Shown: positions 10,551 through 21,605 of the stretch, piece after piece | How the letters are laid out: each line of letters starts with the position of its first letter | Position numbering within the stretch: the stretch's first letter is position 1 | Source: Fistulifera solaris | Lineage: Eukaryota | NCBI GenBank assembly: GCA_030295235.1 | Contig: AP026150.1 | Coordinates: 124,001-188,000 of the forward strand | Reading direction: 5' to 3' | DNA length: 64,000 nucleotides | Translations under genes and position numbers: made by a program | The notes under the pieces: generated by a model | Seen by the model: only the letters and a program-made list of their open reading frames with translations | Told to the model about the DNA's origin: nothing | Database searches by the model: none

Positions 10551-11366
10551 ATGGAGTCAAATGCCTTAACCTACCAGCAGATCATTTCCTGCAACAATGA
10601 GGGAGTGTGTTTCATGCTCCAGGTCGACGACTCAAAACGGGCAGTAAATTGCTTCAAGACCGGAATTACTCTAATACGTTCCAAACTATCCACTGAAGAT
10701 CAACCATTAGAGCGTCACTACCAAGAAAGGATAAAAGATACTTTGTTGCGTGGAAAGATTATTGCAAGTATTCCGTTCGCGGAACATTCTTCAGGGGTCC
10801 ACGAAAGCGACGTGATCGACACAAAGACCTCTACACATGATCTTTCACCGGACTTGAATAAGACAAAACCTTCGCCAGCTGTACCCAACAGCAAAAATGA
10901 CGGCTTTGTTTCACTTTTTGCTCGAGCCTTGGTTATTTCTGAGAGCGCGGTAACTGAAATCTGTGAGATGGGCGATCCTTGTTCTTTACTTTCGGCTGTC
11001 ATTCTTTTTAACATTGCGTTAAGTCATCATCGAGCGGGTCTGCAATCCGCCACGCAGTCCTTCCGCTTGTACAAGGCTTTGAGCTTGTATGGTGTTGTCA
11101 CAAACATTCTTGAGAGATCTCAAGACCAAACAATCTCTAACAAGTTTGGCCTGCTCATTTATCTCGCAAGCTGTAACAATTTGGCACACATTTATTCCGA
11201 GTTGTGTGCATTCCAGGAGTTACGAATTTCGTGGAGGAACTTGTTTGATGTTTGCGTCGCTTACCATCAAATCATCGATTATGCCTTGGATACTGAAGAA
11301 CAAGATGTACTTTTACTGAATGCATTCCTGTTCTCCGATGGAGCCAATATCGCGCCTGCAGCGTAG
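10551..11366 (+). CDS. Hypothetical helical (TPR-like) protein of a diatom-type expanded family
   Basis: Intact 271-aa ORF from ATG 10551 with NNEGV, AVILFNIALSHH, KALSLY and NNLAHIY motifs. Confidence 0.7.
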   Translation: MESNALTYQQIISCNNEGVCFMLQVDDSKRAVNCFKTGITLIRSKLSTEDQPLERHYQERIKDTLLRGKIIASIPFAEHSSGVHESDVIDTKTSTHDLSPDLNKTKPSPAVPNSKNDGFVSLFARALVISESAVTEICEMGDPCSLLSAVILFNIALSHHRAGLQSATQSFRLYKALSLYGVVTNILERSQDQTISNKFGLLIYLASCNNLAHIYSELCAFQELRISWRNLFDVCVAYHQIIDYALDTEEQDVLLLNAFLFSDGANIAPAA

Positions 11367-11735
11367 GTCAACGCTTGCTTCCTTTTCACGAAACAATACT
11401 GCGTCTAATAGATATATTAAAGCCTTGTATCATTTCCTTTAAATGTCTTTACACGATTGTTTTTCAATAATCAATACACGTAGACCAAAGGTCTCTCTAG
11501 CGACCCGGGTCATAGGTACGAGTCAGTCGATCGCAAGGAAAACATTTACCTGGTAGGTGCCGAACGGCTCTCTCGAAACCGCTAAGACAGATCTTTTCCG
11601 AAGTGACATCAAACTTTGCAAAACAACGACACGAGAGATCTTGACGAATAAAACGGTGCGTGAGATCCAACTCATGCAACCAATCTTAACTTTCGTTTCT
11701 ATTTTGATAAAAAAATCCTCTTCTTGAAGTCAAAA

Positions 11736-14700
11736 ATGCCTCACAACAAAGGACACAACCAGGGCAAGAAGAACAAAGCGAACAGGGGTCGTCACAACCG
11801 ACAACCGATTTCCCGAACCCTGCCCACCGCTCCCTCCGGTGGTGGACAGTCGCTCCTTCAGCGCATTCAAAGCGCTCTTCCTACCTTTCACAGTAAATTG
11901 GCGCCAAATGATTCAATTTTTGAAAACATCGGTGGTGGATATTACGCCATGTACAAGGAAGCGACACTCCGTTTTCACAAATGGATGGCGAACCAGGCCT
12001 GTCGAGGAATGAAAATGACTGCTGTCAACGACTATCGCCGGGGAGTTGATCAAATTGTGGAATACAACGTCAAATTATACTTGAAGAAAGTAGAAAACGG
12101 GGAATTTATTGTGGCTCCACCAGATATTATGGAGAGCTTGGTATCGAGCATTCGCTTGCGAGAGCGCGTTGCGGCGAATCTCTTTGGTTCTAAAACGGGT
12201 GGCGATCAAGGCCATCAGTACATTATTGACGTGCTGCACTATTGTCGAAGCGCACTTCGTTTTGGAAATCGAGTTGCTGCTGTCTACAATGCGAAGGATG
12301 ACGAGCAAGTCCGAGTGGAGGATGCTGTGGGTGGACGATTTAATGCTTTGGCACTGGATGACGATTCGGAAGACGAAATGGATTGGGAAGATATTGACCG
12401 TGATATTAAGGATGGAAAGCTACCAAAATATGTTGGGGTACAAGTCGAAGAAGATTTCGATATCAACAAAGTCCTTTTGAAAGGCGATGATCGCTTTCAA
12501 GCGATGGCCCTTCTTTATACCATGGATGATTTGATGCAAGCCGTTCAACAGCACTACCAACTACTCAAAGATTTTATGAGAAACGTGGGAAATCATGATT
12601 CTTCGAGCTGTGTACAATTGGTGATGGAGTGTGCGGTTGTTGCGAATGCCGCCACGGAATGTGTGAATCGAGCTGAAAACGAGATGGCGATTGACCATCC
12701 TCATCTTTCGTCGTTCTACCATGTTCTTGCACTCGTGATTCTGACTGAACCGTTGGCTGATCTCAATAAGCTAATCGACAAAGCAAGGCTGAAAGCGGTT
12801 CCTCATATGGCGCTTCAGTTTTTGGCAGAGATTGTTGAGTGTTCGTTCCATAATCGTGGTCACGAGAGGATTCCCCCTATCGTCAAGCGCTTTGTTCAGA
12901 GGTCGGGTTTGGACCCACGATACGTGGACGAGACTGCGAAAGGAATTCATATGCTTACTTCTTTTGAGACCCTTTTGGAATTGGAAGAGCGCTCGAATCT
13001 GCAACAGACGGCCATAATGTCTCAAGCGGGAGTCAAACCCCACACGTGGCTCCATCCAAGTGAATACATTGGAGGTGATTGCTGCATCTTGAACACACAA
13101 AAGATTGTCCAGATGGTAATGGGTCTTCTACAAAACAATCGAAAACTTGTCGGGCGACCAGGATTTTGGGGACCGCCGTTCGATGAAAACAATAGACCGG
13201 CTCGTCGCATACGGGGAGATCTCGATGAACCTTTTGCGTCTAGTATCATACCAGAGATCTTAGAGATCTGCCGATATGCGCCTTTTCATTGTTTGCCGGA
13301 TCGATCTCATTTGATCACCGTTCTCGATCTCTTGCAGCGACATGTTAAAGGTGATCGTACGAAACCAGTGCCAATTGCTCTATCCTTTGGTCTACATACG
13401 GTTTTGATGTCGGTCTTTGTGCTTCAAGGAGAAGGCGATTTGGCCCGAATTGCCGAGTGTTCGAAGCAGTCATATAACAAATTGTTTGAACAATTGCAGA
13501 TTGCATCGGATCGAAGCAAATCGCCCGAGAACTCTCCTATTTTCTACAAGAACGTTCAGACGTTTGCCGATCTCGCGGCCTTTGCCAAGCCGGTTAGTAT
13601 TCAAACCGATGATCGTCAAACAGTGGATCCGCTTGGAGCTGAGAGACTGGCGTTCTGGAACCCGGTCATTGGTGGTGAATACCTACTGTATGCGACCTAT
13701 ATTTGCTCTATTGGTCTTGGGTCTGCAACTGTGGATTCGCTAGGTCAACTGCGCTTTGCGCTTCATTTATACAATGGACTAAGAATCCATGATCCAACCT
13801 TTAAAGTATCTCTTCTAGAGAACTCGGACGCAGTATTCCAGGGTACCAAAGCAGTTTGGGTAGGAGGAAAACCTGAGAAAGGAGCATGTTGCAAGGTCTT
13901 CTGGATGTCGTGGGGGATGAGCCCTGGTCATGCTGCACGTCAAGCGTCCGAGAAGGTAGATAGCAACGACGTCTTTTCTCTCAATTCTAGGATCAGCGCC
14001 GATGTCTTGAGGTAAGAGAACCTGTTTACTCGGATGAAATCGAAAGGCCTGCTTGCTAAATAAGTTCTGCAATGTATTTGCGCAGAGAACTGGATGAAAT
14101 CCGCCCGGAAGAATTCAGTCCCTCGTATCGACATCTCGTTCAAAATGATTTTGGGTCAAAAGACTTGGAGAAACATTACACGAACAAAAATGCAGACGAG
14201 GCAACGGCTGAAGCTAAAAAGCGCTACGGTCCATTGGTCGACCTTTTGACGAGAATCAATATCATTCGCGATGCTATGGACGACGACGAAGAAAATGTCC
14301 TTCCGGTGAATTTTACTGCACTGGGGTCTATTCTGCTGGAGTATGTGAACGCTTTGTCAGACCACATGGGATGGTCAGAAATGATTCAAGATGTTGTACG
14401 TGATAATCCAGATATTCGATTCGGTAAAACAATGGGAGGAAGTGACTTGAGGGGTTCACCGCGTCCGATCTAAACCTAAAGCACCAAGGTTTAGCCCATA
14501 TCTGGGGACATCTTCTGTCTTGTATTGATAAAGATGGCACTGGAAAATTGTTACCAGTTTTTCATGTCGACAAAGTGGCGGCATTCACCAAATTGTTCTT
14601 CGACAAGGTAGAAAACGAACGCTACATCTTCTTTGTCGAGATTGAGGAGAGTCCCATTGCAAAAAAGCGCAATCCTCTGCAAGGGACCTATCCTCTTGGG

Positions 14701-15153
14701 CGTACTGGAAAGACGCCGCAAGATCCTCTAAGGGCGTACTGGTCTTTCGGTTACAGCAAGCGACGAACGCCGGTAGCTAGACTTATCACCCCTGGGCGCC
14801 TCACTCCCTTGGAAGGCTTACCGGTGCACGAAGGTGAAAAGAACTTGAAAAAGGGACCTCACGGGAAGTACCGTCATATTGCAAGTTACACTCTTGAAGA
14901 ATTACTGGATATGAATTGGGATGGTTCACTTTATGTTTCAACAAAAGGCAGACATGCGGCAATTGGGTATCACGTTCCATTCATTCCTGGATACGACTCG
15001 GACAGTGCGGATGAATATGAACCAATTGACATAAAGCGTGGAAAGCAACAAGGCACTGTTGGGATCTCAAAAGCGCAAGTTGGCTTGTTCATGTTGGTGC
15101 CTGGTGCGGAAGATGAGCCTCAGTTGGTGCGACTTAACAAGGGGAAGAAGTGA
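11736..15153 (+). CDS. Large hypothetical protein with an N-terminal DUF6604-like domain
   Basis: 763-aa ORF with YKEATLRFHKWM..SIRLRERVA..DQGHQYIIDVL..GRFNAL. In-frame GT-AG intron 14012-14085; frameshift near 14450 leads into ORF 14548-15153. Confidence 0.65.
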
Positions 15154-15767
15154 ATAGTGAGTGAAACTGGAGATTAAAGAGCGTAGTTGATAAGGGATAA
15201 AGTCGAGGTATGTGTTTTACCTGTGCAAGTACGCTAGGTTGAAACTTACTAGAAGAAATTTTACTGAAGGCAATAAATAATACTCCGTAGGCCAAAACAA
15301 GGCGTATGCTGTAAGTTTTCATTTACACTCATTCCGTAAACAAGGAGACTGAAAACATGAATCTTTGATATCTATCAACAATACCCAGAAGGTCGACTTA
15401 GCGAAGGTAGGTTGGTTTTTTCGACTTTTCCTGCAGCTTCAGCTTCTCACAATGTGAAGAGCAAAATTGGGGCCGACTTTTCGTCCGCGAATCTTAGATC
15501 CATATTGGGTGTGACCGGTAGGCCTACTCTTTGATGTAGTCTTAAACGTGAGAAATTTTCCAATTAAAAGACTTTCGGTACCGCTTCAAAGTCTAAGTGT
15601 ACATTGAAGCACGAGCTTTCTCCACCAGGTTTCAAGTGTCAAGTGTCCAGAAGAATTTTTGATTAAAAGAAAAATTCAAACCGAAATGACCTGCCCGCAT
15701 GGAAAACAACCTCGAGTGCATCAAACAACACATCTCATTGATTTGTTTAAGCTGAATGAAGAATAAA

Positions 15768-16409
15768 ATGCCGAACTGTTTAAAGTTTCTTATATATTCA
15801 TTGGCATTCAGTGGTACGTGCGGCTTTGGGCTTTGGAGCTGGCACCGATGATATTACTGCTGTTATTCTTCCATCGTAAGGTACACGTCGTGTGGCATCC
15901 GACGCAATGTACATGTCGCGTGCTTGCTGCCACTATAAGTCATCTAATACTTTACCCTTCTCTTGGTAGCTTTGTGGCTGGCTCAGGCCGATGATGACAA
16001 CGATAGAAATCGTTTTCAACGAAGTTTGCAGCTGACAGGAGTATGCGACCCCATTCCTCCCGGTGCCAACCCCAGAGTGTGTCGAACGGTAATTGGCACT
16101 GGTATCTGTCTAGATGCTAATGGAGAGAACTTTAATGCGTGCTTCAAATATGGAGGACTACATGGTTTCACGAAAACGGATTGTCGAGATGTGGCTGAAG
16201 CGAATGGCAAGGCTGTAGGCTGGCAGTACGGCGCTGTAGGATTGATACCCAGAGTGTGTGTGCTTTTCTTTGACGAAGTTGATGTCGATGGCCGCGTTAC
16301 GAATCTTTGCCCAAGCGACTTTAGTCAATTTGGGCTTTCGGGTCGACTTGGGACAGGTTTTCCCAAACAGACGGCGGACGGTATCTTCGAGTGTTATAGC
16401 TGCGAATAA
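15768..16409 (+). CDS. Small secreted Cys-rich protein, family copy A
   Basis: Exon 15768-15813 (MPNCLKFLIYSLAFS), phase-1 intron 15814-15969, then FQRSL..GICLDANG..VGWQYG..LCP..GTGFP..CYSC. Confidence 0.85.
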
Positions 16410-17228
16410 ACTTATACGCAATACTGTTTACATGAGAGTGCCAAAACAGCTGCCTCGCTGTATGATTATTCTTGCTATTGCACTGCGTGATTACGCATGC
16501 ACCGCTATCGAGGCAAATTGAAGTAATAAAGTTTGCCTATTGTCATTGCTTCTTAGTTTGGCGTTCACCTCGACGGGAAATCGGTTAAGATGATTGGTGT
16601 CGGGTGTCGGGTAGTCTTTGGCTTAGCATGAACTTAAGAACTTAAACGTGTAGTGTAAAGAATAATAGCTGTTGGAGGAATGCATTAATCTATCGGTGTC
16701 ATTACGTAGTAATGAGTTGTTCAGAGTTCAGAGAGGGTTCTCACGTTCTCACTCTCACTTGGTTCTACCACATCATAAATCATAATACAGTGATTCAACT
16801 AGCGGTACCGGTTACCGGTGTTTATGAAACCAGAAGCCAAAGAAACTGGTTGGAACAATAGCTCGCGGACAGAGATTTATTTGTGTATTCGAACGACAGT
16901 GGTATACTTATTCTTTATTAACTTATATATGTAATTTGTCACACCTGATAATAAAGAAAACAAAACAGTTTTCACGATTGAGGTACACAGTAATCATTTA
17001 TAGCTAGTTTCTGCTGGTATTCCTATGTAAAAAATTTGGCAGAACATGACGATTAGAACGCAAAACCCGTGACCGTGACACCACAGTGCAATCAAGCGAT
17101 CAAGCGATCATCAATGACAGCAGCAACAAAAAACAAATAAACGATCAAGAGATCGAACAGCGATACAACTCACATCGGTACAAACTACGAGACATTTTCG
17201 CTAATAAAGTAGTAAAAAGATCTTCACA

Positions 17229-17842
17229 ATGGCCGGAAAGTTCACCTGCGCTCTACTTTTCTTTGGTCGTAAGTCTGTTGTCTTCGTTGTCGATATTGAC
17301 CCACCCACCCTGCATCCGCCTATCATCTGATCTCGTGTCCTCGCAATCAACGAGAAGTAGTTGGGCCATCTTCTGCACTAGATTGGAATTTACCTCTGTT
17401 TGAGAGAAATGGTCAAATCTTAGGATTATGTCCGGATATTGGCAATGACGATCCGCCTACGCCACCCTCCCCAGCTCCCTCGCAGGCTCCTACTTTCGTC
17501 CCGCGAGATTGTAACTCGAATGTGGGCTCTGGAATATGCTTGGATGCCAACGGCAACGCTTTTGACTCGTGCACCAAGATCGTTAATCCGCTAAACTACT
17601 CTCGAGGAAGATGCCAAAAGGCGGCGGAATCGGTGCCAAACTCTGTGGGCTGGCAATATGGATTGTCTGGAAATATCCCCTTTGCCTGCGTAATCTACTT
17701 TGACGACGTAGACTCGCGAAATGATGTAAAACCACTCTGTCCCGAAGGTTTCGGAATCCTTACGACGTCCAGCAATACAGGAACCGGGTTTCCGCAATCG
17801 GGTGGTGAAGGAGTGTTGGGATGCTACTCTTGTGAGGATTAA
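17229..17842 (+). CDS. Small secreted Cys-rich protein, family copy B
   Basis: Exon 17229-17268 (MAGKFTCALLFFG), phase-1 intron 17269-17360 (or -17357), LFER, a Pro/Ser/Thr linker, then GICLDANG..VGWQYG..LCP..GTGFP..CYSC. Confidence 0.85.
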
Positions 17843-18510
17843 TCTAGCTACAATTGTTGCTGCACTCTAGATAGAGGCAATGTAGGTTGTTCTTCTGTCT
17901 TAAATTTAAAAGGATGTGCTTTCAAACGTGAAGTAGTTCTCAAAGATACGATCTAGTGGGTGTACTTGAAATGTGTTCAGACCTCTAGCTGGAGATTCTA
18001 TTTCCAAAAAAGAATCAGCTTGATTTTAAATTTTATGGCTGCTCTGTTCCTGCCACGACCTTAGTTCGCTGGTAAATCTCACTAGAGTCCAAACCTCCAT
18101 AGACTTAGTCGACCAGAACTCCTTATTCCTTCCTGGTAGTTGGAAGCGACGGTCACTACCAGGTGTCGGACACTTTGCCGGACACTTGAGACATGATAGT
18201 TGCGACAATACTTTGTAGTAGTACGTAGAAAATTTTTTAAACCTAACAAATCGTAATCTATAGGCTAAAATGTACCCTACCTTACTCCATTCTCCGTTGA
18301 AAGCGAATTAAGTCGCAAGGGCCTTTTATTTTGGTGAGAAAATCTGAAAAGCCCCCCGGCCTTTGTGACCTTTTCACGTTTTGAATCTCGAAGACGAGAA
18401 TGCGTGCTGCTTCTTGCTGCCACCTTACAGTATTTATTTGCCTCTCATTCATCTTACAAAAGCACCAAATAACAGCTATTAACTCACACAACAAAAGGTT
18501 TTTAAATACG

Positions 18511-19141
18511 ATGAATTTCACACGATCAGTCTTGACTCTTGCCGTTACTACCAGTAAGTCCTTTCTGATGAGAAAAAGTGTGCTTTCGCCAGGGTTTGAA
18601 TGGGATGACCGACACTTACTTACCATTCGACGATTTGTTTACAGGTTCGGCTGCTGCTCAGATGGGCCTTTTCGAGCGTTCGCTCGACTCGCACATTCGA
18701 ACCATTTGCGGTATCGACATTATTTCCCCCACACCTCCTCCGACGACGTCTCCTTCGTCCGTCCCAAGTGCAGCCCCAAGCATCTCTACGGCTCCCACTA
18801 TTCTTGTGAAAGCCTGCGACAACAACATCGGTCAAGGCCAATGCTTGGACAGTAAGGGTGAACCCTTCGATTACTGCACTTTGAATCTCGGAGAAGTGAC
18901 ACCGGAGACATGTCAATCGATTGCGGAAGCTTCCGAGAAGTCCGTGGGATGGCAATTCGTAGGGTTCAAGTTCATTCCGGGTGTGTGCACAATTTACTTC
19001 TCGGAAGACGACTCGGGTGATGATGTGCGTGATTTGTGCCCGAAAAATTTTGCAGGCTTTTCTATCCGCAAAGGCACAGGATTTCCAGTTTCCACTGGCG
19101 ATGGGCTAGGCGCATGCTTTGCCTGCAATAAGAGGGACTAA
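18511..19141 (+). CDS. Small secreted Cys-rich protein, family copy C
   Basis: Exon 18511-18553, phase-1 intron 18554-18644, LFERSL, PS/PT linker, then GQCLDSKG..VGWQF..LCP..GTGFP..CFAC. Confidence 0.85.
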
Positions 19142-19638
19142 GTGATGCCGTTCCATGCAGATTCTTGACCTGCAATGTCAGGTTCACGAATCGATTACTT
19201 TTCTATTGTCCAAAATTGTAAAAACCAGTTTCAGCGAATTGTACTTACAAATTGTCCACGTCGAAATAAAGAGAATGAGGTGGTTTCAAAGACCTAGTTT
19301 AGTCTAGTCATGAACTCTAGATAAATCTCTGTCCCGGTCTTTTTTGTCCATCGAAACACACGTTTACACATTCTAGTTTCCGTTGTGATCGTGAGGTGCG
19401 CCGGATGTCTTTTTACTTCCTAAGTAAGCATAATGACTATATCGTATAATGCACAAGTTTGAATGGGCAAATTTGATTTTTTTGGTGGATCCAAGTTATC
19501 CTTCCTCCTCCTGCTCCCTGCCGCGAGGAGTCGCGAAGCTCGTCGCTGTCTCTGTTTGATCTATTTTCCTTGCAACGCAGTTTGTATTTATGGACCGTCA
19601 CATTCTATTGATAAATTGTGAAAAATTTGCTTCACAAA

Positions 19639-20254
19639 ATGAACATCAACAAATCTGTGCTGACTCTTGTTGCAACATCGGGTAAGTGAATTCCATAGCG
19701 CGACAATCTTGCCGATGTTACACATGAATGAGGGAGGAACTTGTGACATCTAAATTCTCATTTCTCCGAATACGCTTTCAGGTTCGGTTGCTGCTCAGAT
19801 GGGTCTTTTCGAGCGTTCGCTGGATTCACACATCAGAACTATCTGCGGTATTGATTTTATCGGTCCCACCCCTCCGCCGAGTGTTTCTCCCACCGCCTCG
19901 CCGGCACCCACGCCCGTTCCCAAGTCTTGTGGCACTAATATTGGACGCGGTGACTGTGTAGACGCATCTGGGAAAGGCTTCGATTACTGTGTGTCGGCTC
20001 CTTTGGCATATTCACCCAGTGAATGCCGAGCCATGGCCGAATCTTTGGAGTTGTCCGTGGGTTGGCAAATGGGCCCCTTCAACTTACCGGCGTTTTCCTG
20101 CACGATTTATTTCGATAATGCGGACTCTGGTACTATTGTGAACCCTTTATGCCCCGACGGTTTCACTGGGTTGTCGATTCGCGAAGGGACCGGGCTTCCT
20201 GTTGGCGTAAACGATCAAGTGATCCCCCTCGTCGCTTGCTTTGTTTGTGAGTAA
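19639..20254 (+). CDS. Small secreted Cys-rich protein, family copy D
   Basis: Exon 19639-19681, phase-1 intron 19682-19781; QMGLFERSLDSHIRTICGID is identical to copy C; GDCVDASG..VGWQM..LCP..GTGLP..CFVC. Confidence 0.85.
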
Positions 20255-21605
20255 ATAATCGATGGCGGTATAGAATTTGGAGAAGGGTATGCAAAGCATC
20301 TTGGGTCGAGATGTCTTTCTTTTGTGTCTTCCGATTTAAAGTTAATTTAAAAAGTAAAACTCAGTTGTGTGCGTAGATCGAGATGATTTATGCTCGAAAA
20401 TGCGACTGAGCAACTTGGTTTAGTTTCGAGCCGTTCATAAAAGGACTAAATCATCCTGTCTGTGCAGAAAACATGAGATTTTGTATAAAAAAGGCACTTT
20501 ACGTTTAGCTCAGGCTAATTTGGTATAGCGTGTAGTTGGCCAATTATTATAGATTGTCGAAACCAAATTTTTTTACGAATACTTCCATGGCTCCAGCCCT
20601 TCCGACTTCTTTATGAAGGAATCAGTCAATGATAATCACTATAGATTCAGCTAAATCGTAAACTCCAACCTTCTTTCCGTTTCTGTCTAGAAAGACGCAT
20701 CGAAGCAGATTTCGAGCAAGGCGGCTTTGTGACGCCGGACACTTGACTACAGCTAGTAACTAGCGTTCTAAGGGTCGAAGTATGACAAGCTGTTCAACAG
20801 CAGATTAACGTCTTGGAAAAGCCACACAATTCCTAGCCTGCAGCTTACATTTAAAGTAAATAGATACCGAGTATGAAATAGTCGTGTGACTCGTGGTGCA
20901 ATCACCAATATTTCAGTCACAGGGCTGAGGCCACAAGTAGACACCCACTGGACACACGACACAGGACTGACTTTTTTTTAGACATGGTTCGACAAAGGCC
21001 CAGCCAAAAATCTTCATGTGATGTCGTTCAACGTTCAACGAACTCCACTCCTTATCGCACTGTAACCACCACGTTTCACGTTACTGAATCGATGTCGCTG
21101 ATATTTTTCGACGTCGGTCTCTCAAGTATTTAGGCGAATCTTCCAATTTTTAACTTGAATGGGCGCGCTTAATCGCTCCGCTTATTACACTTTTTCGGTA
21201 GGGAGCTTGGTTACTATGCAATCCACATGTTGTGCACGCGTGCTAGCTGCTAAGTAAGAACCATGATGTCGTAATGAATGATTGCGTTGAGCCCGATCCA
21301 CGTGGCCCTTTTATGCCTTATGCCTAATAATCGTGACCGGAGGCAAATTACTACCAGGTACCTGGTACTGGAGGACTTTGGTTTGCCCCTTTGGCAAGAC
21401 TGGAAATCGGAACTTGGCGGAGGTTGTTCGCGCATGCTAAAAACTCAAACGGAAATGCGTCCACTTGTCTTGCAACACCAACGGTTGAACAGGTTGCGAA
21501 CCGAGGACGAAAATTTGTCGGACTCCTTTTTCCCTTCGTCTCTCTTAGGAATGCATCATTTCAAATCATCATTATAAAAGAAGAAAAGAAGAGACGAGCA
21601 TTAAG

